Positions 1-13,620 of a stretch of 64,000 nt of DNA are shown here, piece by piece; the first letter of the stretch is position 1, and the number at the start of each line of letters is the position of its first letter. The notes under the pieces are model-generated. The model had not been told where the DNA came from. It saw only the letters and a program-made list of their open reading frames with translations, and did no database searches. The position numbers and the translations under genes were made by a program. Source of the DNA: Octopus vulgaris (Eukaryota); the NCBI GenBank assembly GCA_951406725.2, contig OX597818.1, positions 119,784,001-119,848,000 of the forward strand, given 5' to 3'.

Positions 1-929
1 GGATCTATTTTTAGAGAAGCTGCAGGGCAAACTTGCAAGTCCCGTTTACAGAGTTTAACATACGAATTTTAGCTAAAAAAAAATTGATATAAAGATTAAC
101 GTCCACATAGCTGTGAAGTAGTACTATGAACTGCATTTGGCCGTAGGGGTAGTTTTTTTTTTCATTTAATTTCACTTTAATTTTTGATCAGTGTAATCAA
201 TTGAAATAAGACCATCGCTGTCGAATCAGTCTCTCTCTCTCTCTCTCTCTCTCTATTTATCTATCCATCTATCTCTCACTGTCGGCACTGAAGGTTATAT
301 GCTAATTAACTATAGATGACAGTTGCAGAGCTAGCCGTGTCGAGGAGGAACCCTTTTAGAACAGCTGGGTTAATAATTATTTCTACTGTAGATATAGTGC
401 GGGAAATTTGAAGGGAGATGAATAGTCGATTACATCGACCCCGTGGTCGATTAGTACTTATTTTAGCGATCCTGATAGGATATAAATCAAAGTTGACATG
501 TATATATATAGAAACATGTATATGTATACATAGTGAAACTAATAGAAATTAAACAATTAAAAGTGAAACTAATAACATATATACAAAGTGAAGCTAATAA
601 AAATGAAACTATTAAAAGTAAAACTATTGAAAGTGAAATCATATAATAGTGGAACTATTATATCACATTACAATAGAGATGTTATTGTTTCACTTTTGAC
701 ACATAATGCCGAGACAGTCTAAGAGATTGTTCCGGGCTCGCATTGGGCAAGAAGGTGACGAATTGTTGTATCCATGACACTCCATGGACCCTAAGTAAGG
801 CATGTGTATAATTTGAATGAAATTGGTTGGGTAGTTCTCGAGTTTTAGTGATGCACACATACGCACACAAACACACACAAACCGACAAGCAGATACACAT
901 CCTCAGTTTATATATATATATATGTGCGC

Positions 930-963
<34 letters not shown>

Positions 964-977
964 GTGTATGCATATAG

Positions 978-1028
<51 letters not shown>

Positions 1029-1110
1029 ACAAAGTGGAGTTGTAAGGTACCGCACAAGTGGAATTATATACGAAAGAAGGTTTGAAAATGCAATTTTAAA
1101 AGATGTTTAT

Positions 1111-1155
1111 TTACTTTACCGGTTTCACTCTTTGGAAAAAGATTGTCAAAAGTAA
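1111..1155 (-). ncRNA. Type I hammerhead-like motif, U3-A8 core variant
   Basis: Minus strand: TTACTT-TTGACAA-TCTTT(ttcc)AAAGA-gt-GAAA-CCGG-TA-AAGTAA. 6-bp stem I and palindromic ACCGGT stem III; the element ends in (TA)n at about 1028. Confidence 0.6.
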
Positions 1156-1383
1156 CATGTAGAAGTTTGGTTGCGTTAATTATTGGTTGTTACAAAATGC
1201 TACATTACATATATACAGTCTTTGGTAACAAGGACATGATAAGGACATAAAAAAGTTTAACAAGTTCGTTAAAATATTGGGCACAAAAGATTACAACATA
1301 AATATACATTCTCAAGAACATGTTAAAGATAGTTTCCAGAAGGAATTATTATAAAGTTCAGTGGGATATTGGTACTGTATCTG

Positions 1384-1573
1384 TATATTCAAACACGCAC
1401 AGAATATTGGTTGTCACAGAGTACTACAATACATATATATACATTCTTAAGAATGTATATATATGTATATACATTCCAATGTATATATATTCCAAAGAAT
1501 GTATATATATATATATATATATATGTATTGTAGTACTCTGTGACAACCAATATTCTGTGCGTGTTTGAATATA
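1384..1573. repeat. Perfect inverted repeat, arms about 57 bp
   Basis: tatattcaaacacgcacagaatattggttgtcacagagtactacaatacatatatat and its reverse complement. Confidence 0.9.
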
Positions 1574-1574
1574 T

Positions 1575-1615
1575 AGGTATGTGTCAATAGTATGTTTCTA
1601 GTATTGAATATTATA

Positions 1616-1679
<64 letters not shown>

Positions 1680-1834
1680 TATGTGTGTATGTATGTATAT
1701 AATTTCAGCGTGGAAGACGTTTTGTTTCAGCACACGATCTCAGATCGAGTCACTTGCTATGCAAGTACATCTCCGTAAAATATATATATATAAATATATA
1801 ATATTCAATACTAGAAACATATTATTGACACGTA

Positions 1835-1837
<3 letters not shown>
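1575..1837. repeat. Inverted repeat, 46-bp arms enclosing (TA)n
   Basis: Arms 1575-1620 and 1792-1837, 2 mismatches. Confidence 0.85.
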
Positions 1838-1871
<34 letters not shown>

Positions 1872-2139
1872 TTTCACCCCTACTCCCCTTCCCTTCTTCC
1901 CTCTTTCTCCCTCCCTCCTTCCCTCTTCCCCTTCCCTCTGCTCCCTCACTCCCCTTCTCTCTCCCCCCTCTCCCTCTTTCCTCCTTCCTCCTCCCCTCCT
2001 CCTCCCCTTCCTTCTCTCCCTCCTCTCTCTCCCTCTCCCCCTTCCTCTCCTCCCCCTCTTCTCCTCTCTCCACACTACACCACACGACTTTACACATCAC
2101 ATCATATATGATGTGCCATACTAATACATACACCAACTA

Positions 2140-2355
2140 ATACATACTAATACATACTAATACATACACCAACCCTATACATACACACGTCCAGACCTCT
2201 CATACGCACTAATACTCTCTCATACACACACACACACACACCCTTATACATACTAATACATACTAATACATACACCAACCCTATACATACACACGTCCAG
2301 ACCTCTCATACGCACTAATACTCTCTCATACACACACACACACACACACCCTTAT
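2140..2355 (+). repeat. Tandem duplication, unit about 107 bp
   Basis: atactaatacatacaccaaccctatacatacacacgtccagacctctc..cccttat occurs twice. Confidence 0.9.
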
Positions 2356-2469
2356 GTTGGAGCTGGTCACTCAACCCTATTATCTCCCCTAATTTCGCTC
2401 TCGCGTCTCATGTTTGATCTTTGACTTCTGGCCGAAATCAGATCGCCATGTTGATTCGTTAGTTACTGC

Positions 2470-2656
2470 ACGCATTTTTTTTCTCTCCTTCTTTCTGTGT
2501 TTTTTTTCTCTCTGTGTATCTTTCTGTTGAAGAGCGTAGGCTCGAAACGTTAAAGACTTGTTTTATTTATATTTCCTGAGCGCCATACTAATACAATTGT
2601 TTGTTTGTTTTCCACCTGCCTTCGTCTTTTGTCTATTTTCATAAAGCTTCCCGTTA
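2470..2656 (+). mobile_element. Family D short hammerhead-bearing element ending in (TA)n
   Basis: TCTTT-CTGTTGA-a-GAGC(gtag)GCTC-GAAA-CG-TT-AAAGA followed by the conserved tail ..gagcg..actaataca..cacctgycttcgtcttttg..(TA)n; 7 copies in the window. Confidence 0.75.
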
Positions 2657-4158
2657 TATATATATATATATATAACAGAAAGTATATATAAAGTTTATGC
2701 AATATGTGTAAAATACCGATAATCGCGCGTGTGTGTACGCGCGTATGTGTACGCGCGTGTGTGTACGCGCGCGTGCGTAAAATATACACTGTATGTAAAA
2801 GTATAATATACACATCTATGTGTGTGTGTGTATGTGTGTGTATGCGTGCATATTCTGTAGTCTATTGTGTCAAAAATTATGCCAATTACGCAAATTACAG
2901 GGAATGACACATCGTTGATGACGATAAATGAAGCTATTGATTTCTTACTGATATTCTTCGTACTTTGTGTTTACTAGTAAAATATTCCACTTTGAACTTA
3001 GCCAAAAGACGAACACCAATATTTCTTAATGTAATAGTGCAGGCCACCCGTCGATAAAATGGGTCACAACGATATATAAGCACATAAGCACTCACCGACA
3101 AAAGTGATTGCATTTTTTTTTTCTTATTTATAACAGGTTTTTGTTAGTTTTGCTTTTTGCCTTTTTTTGATTTTTTTCGTTTTGGGGTTGGCGTTTGCTA
3201 GTCCCTGAATGATTGGCACTCTTGGTCAACATGGGTCTCATTGATTTACTGTCATGAACTTAAACTAGAAAAGGATACCAATGACATAACCGAGAATGTA
3301 AATTGTTTCATTATCGAATAATCTAAGCGCTTGCTTTAAACGCTTGCTTTAAACGCACACTTTAAACACTTTCGTCGTTGGATATTTCGATTCTTTCAAT
3401 ACAACCATATATACCGACAGCAATAAATATCTTTGAAATAACGCCTCATACCAGCAACTTAATAATGCATGCGTTTTTTGTAAAACACGTTAGTTCTGAG
3501 TCCATGCGGCGCCAGCTAATAGGATCAACTGCTGGTGATGTTGGGATTATTATTTTAACCCGTATATCTGAGAGGTATCCAACTCAATGACTTTTCATTT
3601 CATTATGTTTTTATTTAATCGCGGCGTTGAATAATAAAAGTAATTAAATACGGAAATATCCTTAAATGAAGCTATTTACGTTCTCCATTATATCCTTGAT
3701 AATCTTCCGTAGTAAATCGATAAGAGCCAGGTTTTCCGGTAATGCCGACTGGTCTAATGAAAGCTATAAAAATTAAATTAATATTATGATGATATACTTG
3801 CAAAAATATTACATTATTTACAAAATAATATAAAATTTACATGTAATTATCATTAGTAGAGAAGTTCATTTATCATAATATTCATTTCAAAACAACTAAA
3901 GCTAGTCTAGTGTTACAATCCGTTCTCATCTTAATTATCTCACTCTTGTCTATGTCTGCCAGTCAAAACCGTTTAACAAGTACCTCATCCTTCAACCCAT
4001 TTTCATTTTACGTCAACCAGCGATCATTCACTCTCGACACATCATATATTATTTACTTCCACACTATAAATTTATCATGACAAAGAACAAAAAATTTAAA
4101 TCATTATAGCATGGAAAGGTGTGGGTGTATGTACGTAACAAAATTTATGATAATTTAC

Positions 4159-4801
4159 CCACTATAAGCACAAGACCTGAAATTTAGAGGGAAGGGAGAT
4201 AGTCGATTACATCGATCCCAGTGCTCTACTGGTACTTATTTTATCGATCCTGAAAGCATGAATTGCAATGTCGACATCGGCGTCGAATTCAGAACGTAAT
4301 GTCGAATTCAGAACGTAAAGGCAGACGAGACACCACTTACGATTCTGCTAGCTCACCGGTTTAACTACAATCGTAATGACTTGTCTTTATTTCAAAAATA
4401 TACAAGCGAATATAGGATTTGATGCAAACTAGGCTAATAATCTTTTCTACTCAAGGCACAAGGCTCGAAATTTTGGGGGAGGGGCCAATTGATTAGATCG
4501 ACCTCAGTAAGCAACTATTACTTAATTTATCGACCCCGAGAGAATGAAAGGCAAAGACGACCTCGGCGGAATTTGAAATTAAAACGTTTACGGAATACCT
4601 ATTTATTTACTACCTGCAAGGGGCTAAACACAGAGAGGACAAACAAGGACAGATAAACGGATTAAGTCGATTATATCGACCCCAGTGCGATGAAAGACAA
4701 AGTCGACCTCGGCGGAATTTGAACTCAGAACGTAGCGGCAGACGAAATACTGCTAAGCATTTCGCCCGGCGTGCTAACGATTCTGCCAGCTCGCCGTCTT
4801 A
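4159..4801 (-). mobile_element. SINE family C: monomer 4159-4360 and dimer 4441-4801
   Basis: Sense head ggcggcgagctggcagaa..gagttcaaattcc; central gtcgactttgcctttcatcctttcggggtcgataaa.taagtaccag (resembles the Meta/MESC domain, from memory). Confidence 0.85.
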
Positions 4802-4986
4802 AGGCGATAATAAGATTCTAATGTTTAAATATAAATATGGGAGAAAATAAGCAACAAACCATAAGAAAGAAAAAAACAAACAAACAAACGAAACGATATA
4901 GTAATAGGTACATTTTTTCACTCTCTTGGTGTGTCGGAATTGATGTAGTAAGTTTTGAAGTTGAGGCTAAGTTTATACACCATAAT

Positions 4987-5326
4987 GGAGGCGCAATGGC
5001 CCAGTGGTTAGGGCAGCGGACTCGCGGTCATAGGATCGCGGTTTCGATTCCCAGACCGGGCGTTGTGAGTGTTTATTGAGCGAAAACACCTAAAAACTCC
5101 ACGAGGCTCCGGCAGGGGATGGTGGTGATTCTGCTGTACTCTTTCACTACAACTTTCTCTCACTCTTACTTCCTGTTTCTGTTGTACCTGTATTTCAAAG
5201 GGGCCGGCCTTGTCACTCTCTGTGTCACGCTGAATATCCCCGAGAACTACGTTAAGGGTACACGTGTCTGTGGAGTGCTCAGCTACTTACACGTTAATTT
5301 CACGTAACCGACGGAGTGCTTCCACC
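4987..5326 (+). mobile_element. SINE family B, tail 1
   Basis: tRNA-like head (A box tggcccagtgg, B box gtttcgattcc); TSD acaccataat at 4977 and 5327; internal deletion of about 46 bp near the 3' end. Confidence 0.9.
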
Positions 5327-5388
5327 ACACCATAATGTTTCAAGTACAATAGGAAAGCTTAAGGCTTTGCCATTATATGGCAGTCAAA

Positions 5389-5572
5389 GGCGGTGAGCTG
5401 GCAGAATCGTTAGCACGCTGGACGGAATATTTAGCGGTATTTCGCCAGTCGCTACGTTCTGAGTTCAAATTCCACCGAAGTCGACTTTGCCTTTTTTTTT
5501 TTTCAGCCTTTCGGGTTGATATCGACTTAACCCCAAATTTCAGGCCTTGTGCTTAGCCTAGCGTAGAAATAA
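5389..5572 (+). mobile_element. SINE family C, internally deleted
   Basis: Head plus tail 2. Confidence 0.8.
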
Positions 5573-5640
5573 TTATATGGCAGACAAACGGTTGTGAAAA
5601 AGAAGGAAACAACGAAATAGGAGGAGTAAGAAAATGTATG

Positions 5641-5698
<58 letters not shown>

Positions 5699-6129
5699 AA
5701 TGCATACACATACATGTGTGTGTATGCATACGTATATATATATATATATATATATATACATAAATACATACATACATACATATACAAATACATACATAAA
5801 TACATATTTATATATCTATATCTATATACATATACACACACACAAACATATATGCTAACAACAACGCGTACATATATGTATAAATGTATATGCGCATGCG
5901 TGTATGTGTGTGTGTCTTTTTTTTTACTTGGGATAAAAAGATCACTATTTGAGCTATGCCTGGAATAAGTTGTAGGACTTTGCTAGAATTATGCTTGGAA
6001 TTTTGTGACAAAGAGAATAAGTAGGATATAGTTATGAATAATTCAATGGGAATCTGTGAATCAAACTATTTGATTATCAAAACTAAAATAAACTACCATA
6101 AACAAAACAACAAACACGAAAAAGAATAT

Positions 6130-6130
6130 A

Positions 6131-6167
<37 letters not shown>

Positions 6168-6355
6168 GTTATTATTATTAATATTATTATTATCATTATT
6201 ATCATTATTATTATTATTATTATCATTATTATTATTATTATCATTATTATTATTATTATTATCATTATTATCATTATTAATTATTATCATTGTTATTATT
6301 ATTATTATTGAAACTATTATTATCATTATTATCATTATTATTATTATTATTATCA

Positions 6356-6390
<35 letters not shown>

Positions 6391-6506
6391 ATTATTATTA
6401 TTATTATCATTATTATTATTATTATTATTATCATTATTATTATTATTATTATCATTATTATTATTATTATTATTATTTTATTATTATTATTATTATTATT
6501 ATCATC

Positions 6507-6547
<41 letters not shown>

Positions 6548-6733
6548 CATTATTATCATTATTATTATTATTATCATTATTATTATTATCATTATTATTA
6601 TTATTACTATCATTATTATCATTATTATTATTATTGAGTGAGAGAGCAGTTGAAACTATTATTATTATTATTATTATCATTATTCTTATTATTATTATCA
6701 TTATTATCATTATTATTATTATTGTTGTTATTA

Positions 6734-6764
<31 letters not shown>

Positions 6765-6814
6765 TATTATTATCATTATTATTATTATTATTATTATCAT
6801 TATTATTATTATCA

Positions 6815-6878
<64 letters not shown>
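6130..6878. repeat. (ATT)n/(ATC)n microsatellite
   Basis: Direct reading; a second array at 7270-7748. Confidence 0.98.
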
Positions 6879-6880
<2 letters not shown>

Positions 6881-7278
6881 CTTCTCGAAGCAATGAAAAA
6901 CCAATCGCTAGACTTATACCGTAAACCGTCTGGAATAACGTTTACATCTTCGAAAAATATATCAAATTTGTATTGGAAAAGAAAAAAAATGAAAAACAAA
7001 CACAAAACAAACAAACAAACAAATGGAATCTTCTAGAATCACAATGACGACAAGTTATACAGTCGATTGAGACAACCTGTCGCTTTGAATTTGATCAGAG
7101 ATTCGAATATCGATTAACGAATAACGAACTCCGCTCGAAAAACAAAAAAAATCAATAAATTGCCTGGTAAAGCGATGTAAGAATCGTTGTACGATTTAGT
7201 ATTATTTAGTTTTAATATTTGGTTGACACTAACATTTTCTGTGAGGGCGAGAGAACGGTTCTTGCGTTGTTATTATTA

Positions 7279-7456
<178 letters not shown>

Positions 7457-7506
7457 TATCATCATCATTATCATTATTATCATTATTGTTACTATCATTA
7501 TTATTA

Positions 7507-7548
<42 letters not shown>

Positions 7549-7672
7549 TCATTGTCATTATTATCATTATCATTATTATTATTGTTGTTGTTATTATTAT
7601 TATTATCATTATTATTATTTTATTATTATCCTTATCATTATTATTGTTACTATTATCATTATTATTATTATG

Positions 7673-7722
<50 letters not shown>

Positions 7723-8079
7723 CATTATTATCATCATTATTATTATATTGATTTAGTTGGGTAATTCTTTTTCGAATATATTTTCATTTTCTTCATTTCC
7801 TTTCTTTGCTGTTGTTGCTGTTCTTCTTCATCTTCGTCTTCTTCTCTTCTTCTTCTTCTTCTTCTTACAAATGCTGATTTTTATATACCTGTTTTATTTA
7901 TTCATTGTTACTGGTGTTGTTGTGTCTGGGGTTCCTTTAAATAATTTCATATTATTTTCTGTTGTTTTACTGTGATTTTGATCCTATTGTCTTTATCTTA
8001 TCTCGTTCTGTATAATTTGATTATTGATTCGTTATCTCTTTCTGTTTCTCCCTTTCTCATTCTCTGTCATATATGTATG

Positions 8080-8371
8080 ATGGCCCAGTGGTTAGGGCAG
8101 TGGACTCGCGGTCGTAGGATCGCGGTTTCGATTCCCAGGCTGGGCAATGTGAGTATTTATTGAGCGAAAACACCTAAAGCTCCACGAGGCTCCGGCAGGG
8201 GGTGGTGTCGATCCCTGCTTTACTCTTTCGCGACAACTTTCTCTCACTCTTTCTTCTGTTGGCCTGCTCGCTTAGCCTGCGGGGTGGCGTCATTTGAAGG
8301 CTAAACAATGTGAAGCGCATTGTGACCAGCGATGTGTTGTAACATCTGATAGCCTGGTCGGTCACGGTGAT
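8080..8371 (+). mobile_element. SINE family B, tail 2
   Basis: B head, then tail ..gtggcgtcatttgaaggctaaacaatg..acatctgatagcctggtcggtcac; tail-only copies at 28560-28675 (+) and 49661-49772 (-). Confidence 0.85.
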
Positions 8372-8515
8372 GACTGAACCCGGAATTATATGGTTGATAA
8401 GCAAGCTATCAGTCCCACTGCGTGGCACCTTAGGCAAGTGTCTTCTACTATAGCCTGACACCGACCAAAGTCTTGTGAGTGGATTTGGTAGGCGGAAACT
8501 GAAAGAAGCCCGTCG

Positions 8516-8579
<64 letters not shown>

Positions 8580-8604
8580 CGTGTATGTATGTATGTATGT
8601 ATGC

Positions 8605-8636
<32 letters not shown>

Positions 8637-8847
8637 GTGTCTGTGTTTGTCTGTGTTTGACCCTACACCTGGTTTGACAACCGATGTTGGTGTGTTTATG
8701 TCTCTGTAACTTAGTGTCCCGTTAGAAGAGACCGATAGAATAAGTACAAGGTTTACAAAGAACAAGTACTGGGGTCGATTTGTTCGACTAAAGGCAATGC
8801 TCCAGCATGGTCACAGTCAAATGACTGAAACAAATAAAAGAATAAAA

Positions 8848-8850
<3 letters not shown>
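8372..8850 (+). mobile_element. SINE family A with inverted 5' head
   Basis: Body on the plus strand from 8410; head segment 8372-8408 is reverse-complemented. Confidence 0.85.
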
Positions 8851-9221
<371 letters not shown>

Positions 9222-9630
9222 AAAATGTGTTGCTGAAAATGCAGTTCAATTTTAAAAACTTGTAAATATTTAAAATACATTTATTTACATATATACCAAA
9301 CTAGTTTCAACAATATTTTTTGTTTATCTATGGTAAAAGTGTAAAATTAGAAAAACATCGTTATATGTGTCAATGTTGACAAATATACAGTTTTAATTTC
9401 AAACTTACACCTTCTGTTTTGAACATGATAATTTATCAACATTGAAACCTTTTAATTTAATTTTGATTTGTCAATATTGAAACTTATAACGATGTTTTTT
9501 TTTATTTTACATTTTTACCATTGGTAAACAAAAAATATTGTTGAAACTAGTTTGGTATATATGTAAATAAATGTATTTTAAACATTTAAGAAGTTTTTAA
9601 AATTTAAGTGCATTTTCAGCAACACATTTT
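9222..9630. mobile_element. Fold-back element with about 163-bp inverted arms, PLE pseudo-LTR-like
   Basis: Arms 9222-9384 and 9466-9630 are reverse complements with scattered mismatches; abuts (TA)n; each arm carries a hammerhead-like motif. Confidence 0.7.
9516..9557 (+). ncRNA. Hammerhead-like motif in right arm of a fold-back element (mirror copy 9294-9335, minus)
   Basis: TACCA-TTGGTAA-ACAA(aaaata)TTGT-t-GAAA-CTAG-TT-TGGTA. The other arm has TAGATAA, so the inferred ancestral core is TTGATAA (U3-A8). Confidence 0.5.
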
Positions 9631-11104
9631 ACTATATTTTTTCTTCCAGCGTGGAAACACCACTCCCTCTTTTACTATATATAATATAGAAATTAGTTGT
9701 GCAAGCAGCAATACTCCGAGTAGCAGCGGAGTGTAAACTCCGCACTAGAATACACACATTCGCTCACATGCATATGTTACAATATTTATATCTACGTATG
9801 GTGCTGTGTGTCTATATATGTGTGCGCATGTGAAAGCATACGGAGGAAGGGAGGGAACGGATGGTGGAGACAGACAAACAAAATGACAAACAGACAGACA
9901 AGAATCCGTTTACAGATTCTTGCAAAAATTATTTCGTTCATATTTGAATTCTTCGGAATTTTTTAAGAATAGTTTGAGGGTTAGCATCAGTCATAAAGAA
10001 ACAGTCATAAAAAAAGAAAAAAGAGAAACTGGAGACTTATAAAAAGTATGAAATAATATGTGAAAGCATGGCGGTTAGATTGCATACTTATATAAAGATC
10101 AAGTTTGATGGTAAAAAGAACGGCTATGAAATGTTTTAGTATTTTGAAAATAAGTCCGTTAAACTCTATATATCACAAAAAGTAAATAATGCGGAGGCTA
10201 GTTAATTACTCGAATTTAAACAATGAGAGTTTTTTGCTAACTTGAGAAAATTCTAGAAGTAACGGGGGATATTATTAAATTTATGATGTCTACGGCGAGG
10301 GAATTGGAGTAAGAAATAACGAAAAAAAAATCAGAAAAGTATGTTAATTGTTGAATATGGACGAAAAACTGAATAGTTTACGATGTAATTATTTGTGATG
10401 TGGAAGAGAATAGTTAAATGCATGCATAAATGTATTCGTTCCATTGAAAATGTATTCTAAATAACGAACACTGAACAAACGCTTGTATTAAAAGTAATTG
10501 GCATATACATAGACCGGTAATGTATTTAGATTGAGAAGTATGGAACGAGGCAAATATTATTTAGAATTGGGTTCGTCGAAAATGCAAAAGAAAGAATAAT
10601 TTTTAGACATGCAAAAACTTACAAAGCAAAAAGAGAATGTTCATGTTTGCGCGCACTTGAGTGTGTGTGCGCGCGCGTTTGAGTGTATGTGTGAGTGTAA
10701 GCCATGATTTTTACATAAATGCAAATATTCGAGATAAATGTATACACACACACATAAACATACATGCGCATGTATATTTATACAAAAACACAAGCATACA
10801 TACACGCATATATACAGACATACCTACATCTCTACATATATGATGTGAGTTCGTGTCCCCCCTGGGCAGCGTTCGACTTTTCTATCCGTAAAGGATTTTT
10901 CAACCCAATATTTACATGATATTATTTATAGCTTTATATGATGTGCTTCGAGAGCCATTGTTCCTCCCACAAAATTATTATGCATACATACGTGCATACA
11001 TACATGTATGCATGTATGTATGTATATTTCCATTTCCATGGGCACATATATGAATTCAGCCAGAATAAAAGATAAAAGTAAAAATAATGAAGGTCATTTG
11101 GGGG

Positions 11105-11490
11105 TGGGGAGCACTCCGTCGGTTACGACGACGAGGGTTCCGGTTGATCCGAATCAACGGAACAGCCTGCCCGTGAAATTAACGTGTAAGTGGCTGAGCA
11201 CTCCACAGACACGTGTACCCTTAACGTTGTTCTCGGGGATATTCAGCGTGACACAGAGAGTGACAAGGCCGACCCTTTGAAATACAAGTTACAACAGAAA
11301 CAGGAAGTAAGAGTGAGAGAAAGTTGTGGTGAAAGAGTACAGCAGGGATCACCACCATCCCCTGCCGGAGCCTCGTGGAGCTTTTGGGTGTTTTTGCTCA
11401 ATAAACACTCACAACGCCCGGTCTGGGAATCGAAACCGCGATCCTATGACCGCGAGTCCGCTGCCCTAACCAATGGGCCATTGCGCCTCC
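11105..11490 (-). mobile_element. SINE family B, tail 1
   Basis: Full length; TSD aatgaaggYcat at 11086 and 11493. Confidence 0.9.
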
Positions 11491-11726
11491 ACAATGAAGG
11501 CCATACACTTTATTTAAAAAGTAAAGCTAAAAAACTAAAAAGCTAAAAATCGTGTAAGTTCATTGTAATTGCACACAAATAATGTTGGTTTTGATTATGA
11601 TCGTAACCTCTGACAATGCTTAGTATGCGCTTATAAACATCTTTGTATTTTTTCTTGGTTGGGGTTTCTCTTCTTGCTTCTTCGTGTACCTCCTTTTTAG
11701 AAAGAGATTCTTCTCTTCTCAAGACA

Positions 11727-11936
11727 TTCTTTTATTCGTTTCAGTCATTTGACTGCGGCCATGCTGGAGCACCGCCTTTTTAGTCAAGCAAATCGACCCC
11801 GGGACTTATTCTTTGTAAGCCTAGTAATTATTCTATCGGTCTCTTTTTGCCGAACCGCTAAGTTATGGGGACGTAAACACACCAGCATCAGTTGTCAAGT
11901 GATGTTGGGGGGGGGAGACACACACAGACACACAAG

Positions 11937-12004
<68 letters not shown>

Positions 12005-12053
12005 CGACGGGCTTCTTTCAGTTTCCGTCTACCAAATCCACTCACAAGGCTTT
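11727..12053 (-). mobile_element. SINE family A, 5'-truncated
   Basis: Matches the A consensus, including the internal (TA)n(TG)n. Confidence 0.9.
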
Positions 12054-12261
12054 CTTCTGTCAGATCTGTGTTAATCTTGTTTTTAAAACGATTTTTTACG
12101 TTTAATTAATAAATTTCCACTTTAGAAACGCTTTAGATACACAGAAACGCGCAATCGCACACACACTCACGCGTGTGCAAATACATACATACAAGCATGC
12201 AAATATATATGTATATATATGTGTATGTGCGTTTGTGTGTGTGTGTATATGAATATACATG

Positions 12262-12440
12262 GGCGTAGGAGTGGCTGTGTGGTAAGTAGCTTGCTTACCA
12301 ACCACATAGTTCCGAGTTCAGTCCCACTGCGTGCACCTTGAGCGACTGTCATCTACTATAGCCTCAGGCCGACCCAAGGCGTGTGCGTGGATTTGGTAGT
12401 CGGAAACTGAAAAGAAGCCCGTCGTATGTATGTATATAAA

Positions 12441-12505
<65 letters not shown>

Positions 12506-12690
12506 TTGTGTGTTTGTGCCCCCATCACATCGCTTGACTACCGATGCTGGTGTATTTACGTCCCCGTAACTTGGCGGTGCGGCAAAATAGGCCGATAGAA
12601 TAAGTACTAGGCTTACAAAGAATAAGTCCTGGGGTCGATTTGCTCGACTAAAGGCGTTGCTCCAGCGTGGCCGCAGTCAAATGACTAAAA
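12262..12690 (+). mobile_element. SINE family A
   Basis: Head ggcgtaggagtggctgtgtggtaag..gagttcagtccc (A/B boxes), internal (TG)n, tail ..cagtcaaatgact. Confidence 0.9.
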
Positions 12691-12774
12691 TAAATATAAT
12701 AGTACATATACGCTTACACGCACACACACGCGCGCATATATATATATATATGTTTATATATGTTTACATATGTT

Positions 12775-12811
<37 letters not shown>

Positions 12812-13254
12812 ATATGTATACACATACATGTCTGTCTGTGTGTGTGCGCGCGCGTGTGTGTGTGCGCGCGTGTGTGTGTGTGTGTGAAACTAAAGATGAA
12901 TCTGAATTAGGAAGAAAGTTAAAAGTCACGATTAAAATTCATATTTAAAATGCGTTCGTAGCTATGGATCAAGCGATAAAGAAATACCTAATCGGATTAA
13001 TCAGGCAAAATGGCTTTACACAACACCTACACAAAATAGATCGTGTTTCTTTTGTAACAACGCCAACCCATTTTACAAATAGTTCCATAACATGCTCACG
13101 AAAACACGCACGCAGGAACACACATACACAATGAATATATTCTTTCGAAGAACAACATGTATGTGATCTTAGCTGCTCAAACACAGACTGAATATCCGCA
13201 TACTTAACCTAATTAATCTCTATATTTCCTTCTCTTCGACCTAATTCCTCTTGT

Positions 13255-13590
13255 ACTTGCTATGACCTTAAATTGAATTTCAATTTATTCATTCCTCTAA
13301 TATGAAATTGCTATTCGTTTTCCATCAAGAAGGCTGGCTCTCAATCCGTGCACCATATACTGATGCAAAGAAATCTCCGCTGGACAAGCCACATTGCCAG
13401 TATTGGTGATGATAGATTCCCAAAGAAAGTCCCCTTCTCTTTAATGGCTATCGAAATATTGGTAAACCTAAATTGAGATTCAAGAACACTGTCAAGTGGA
13501 CCTTAGAAGATCTAGCTATCAGGTATCAGGTAGACTCAGATCGCTCGATCTAGAGAAAATTGATTCACAAAGTCACTCATAGCGACGACA
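13255..13590 (+). mobile_element. RTE-clade LINE 3' fragment
   Basis: LRWTSHIASIGDDRFPKKV..GYRNIGKPKLRFKNTVKWTL resembles the RTE C-terminal LRWxGH..R.PK..G.R..G.P.LR motif. Confidence 0.7.
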
Positions 13591-13620
13591 AAATTATATA
13601 TTCATATGTATTTTATAATC

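Noticed and set aside
4987-5062. tRNA gene
   Set aside because: A/B boxes are present but there is no closed acceptor stem, and it continues into a multi-copy body with TSDs, so it is a SINE head.
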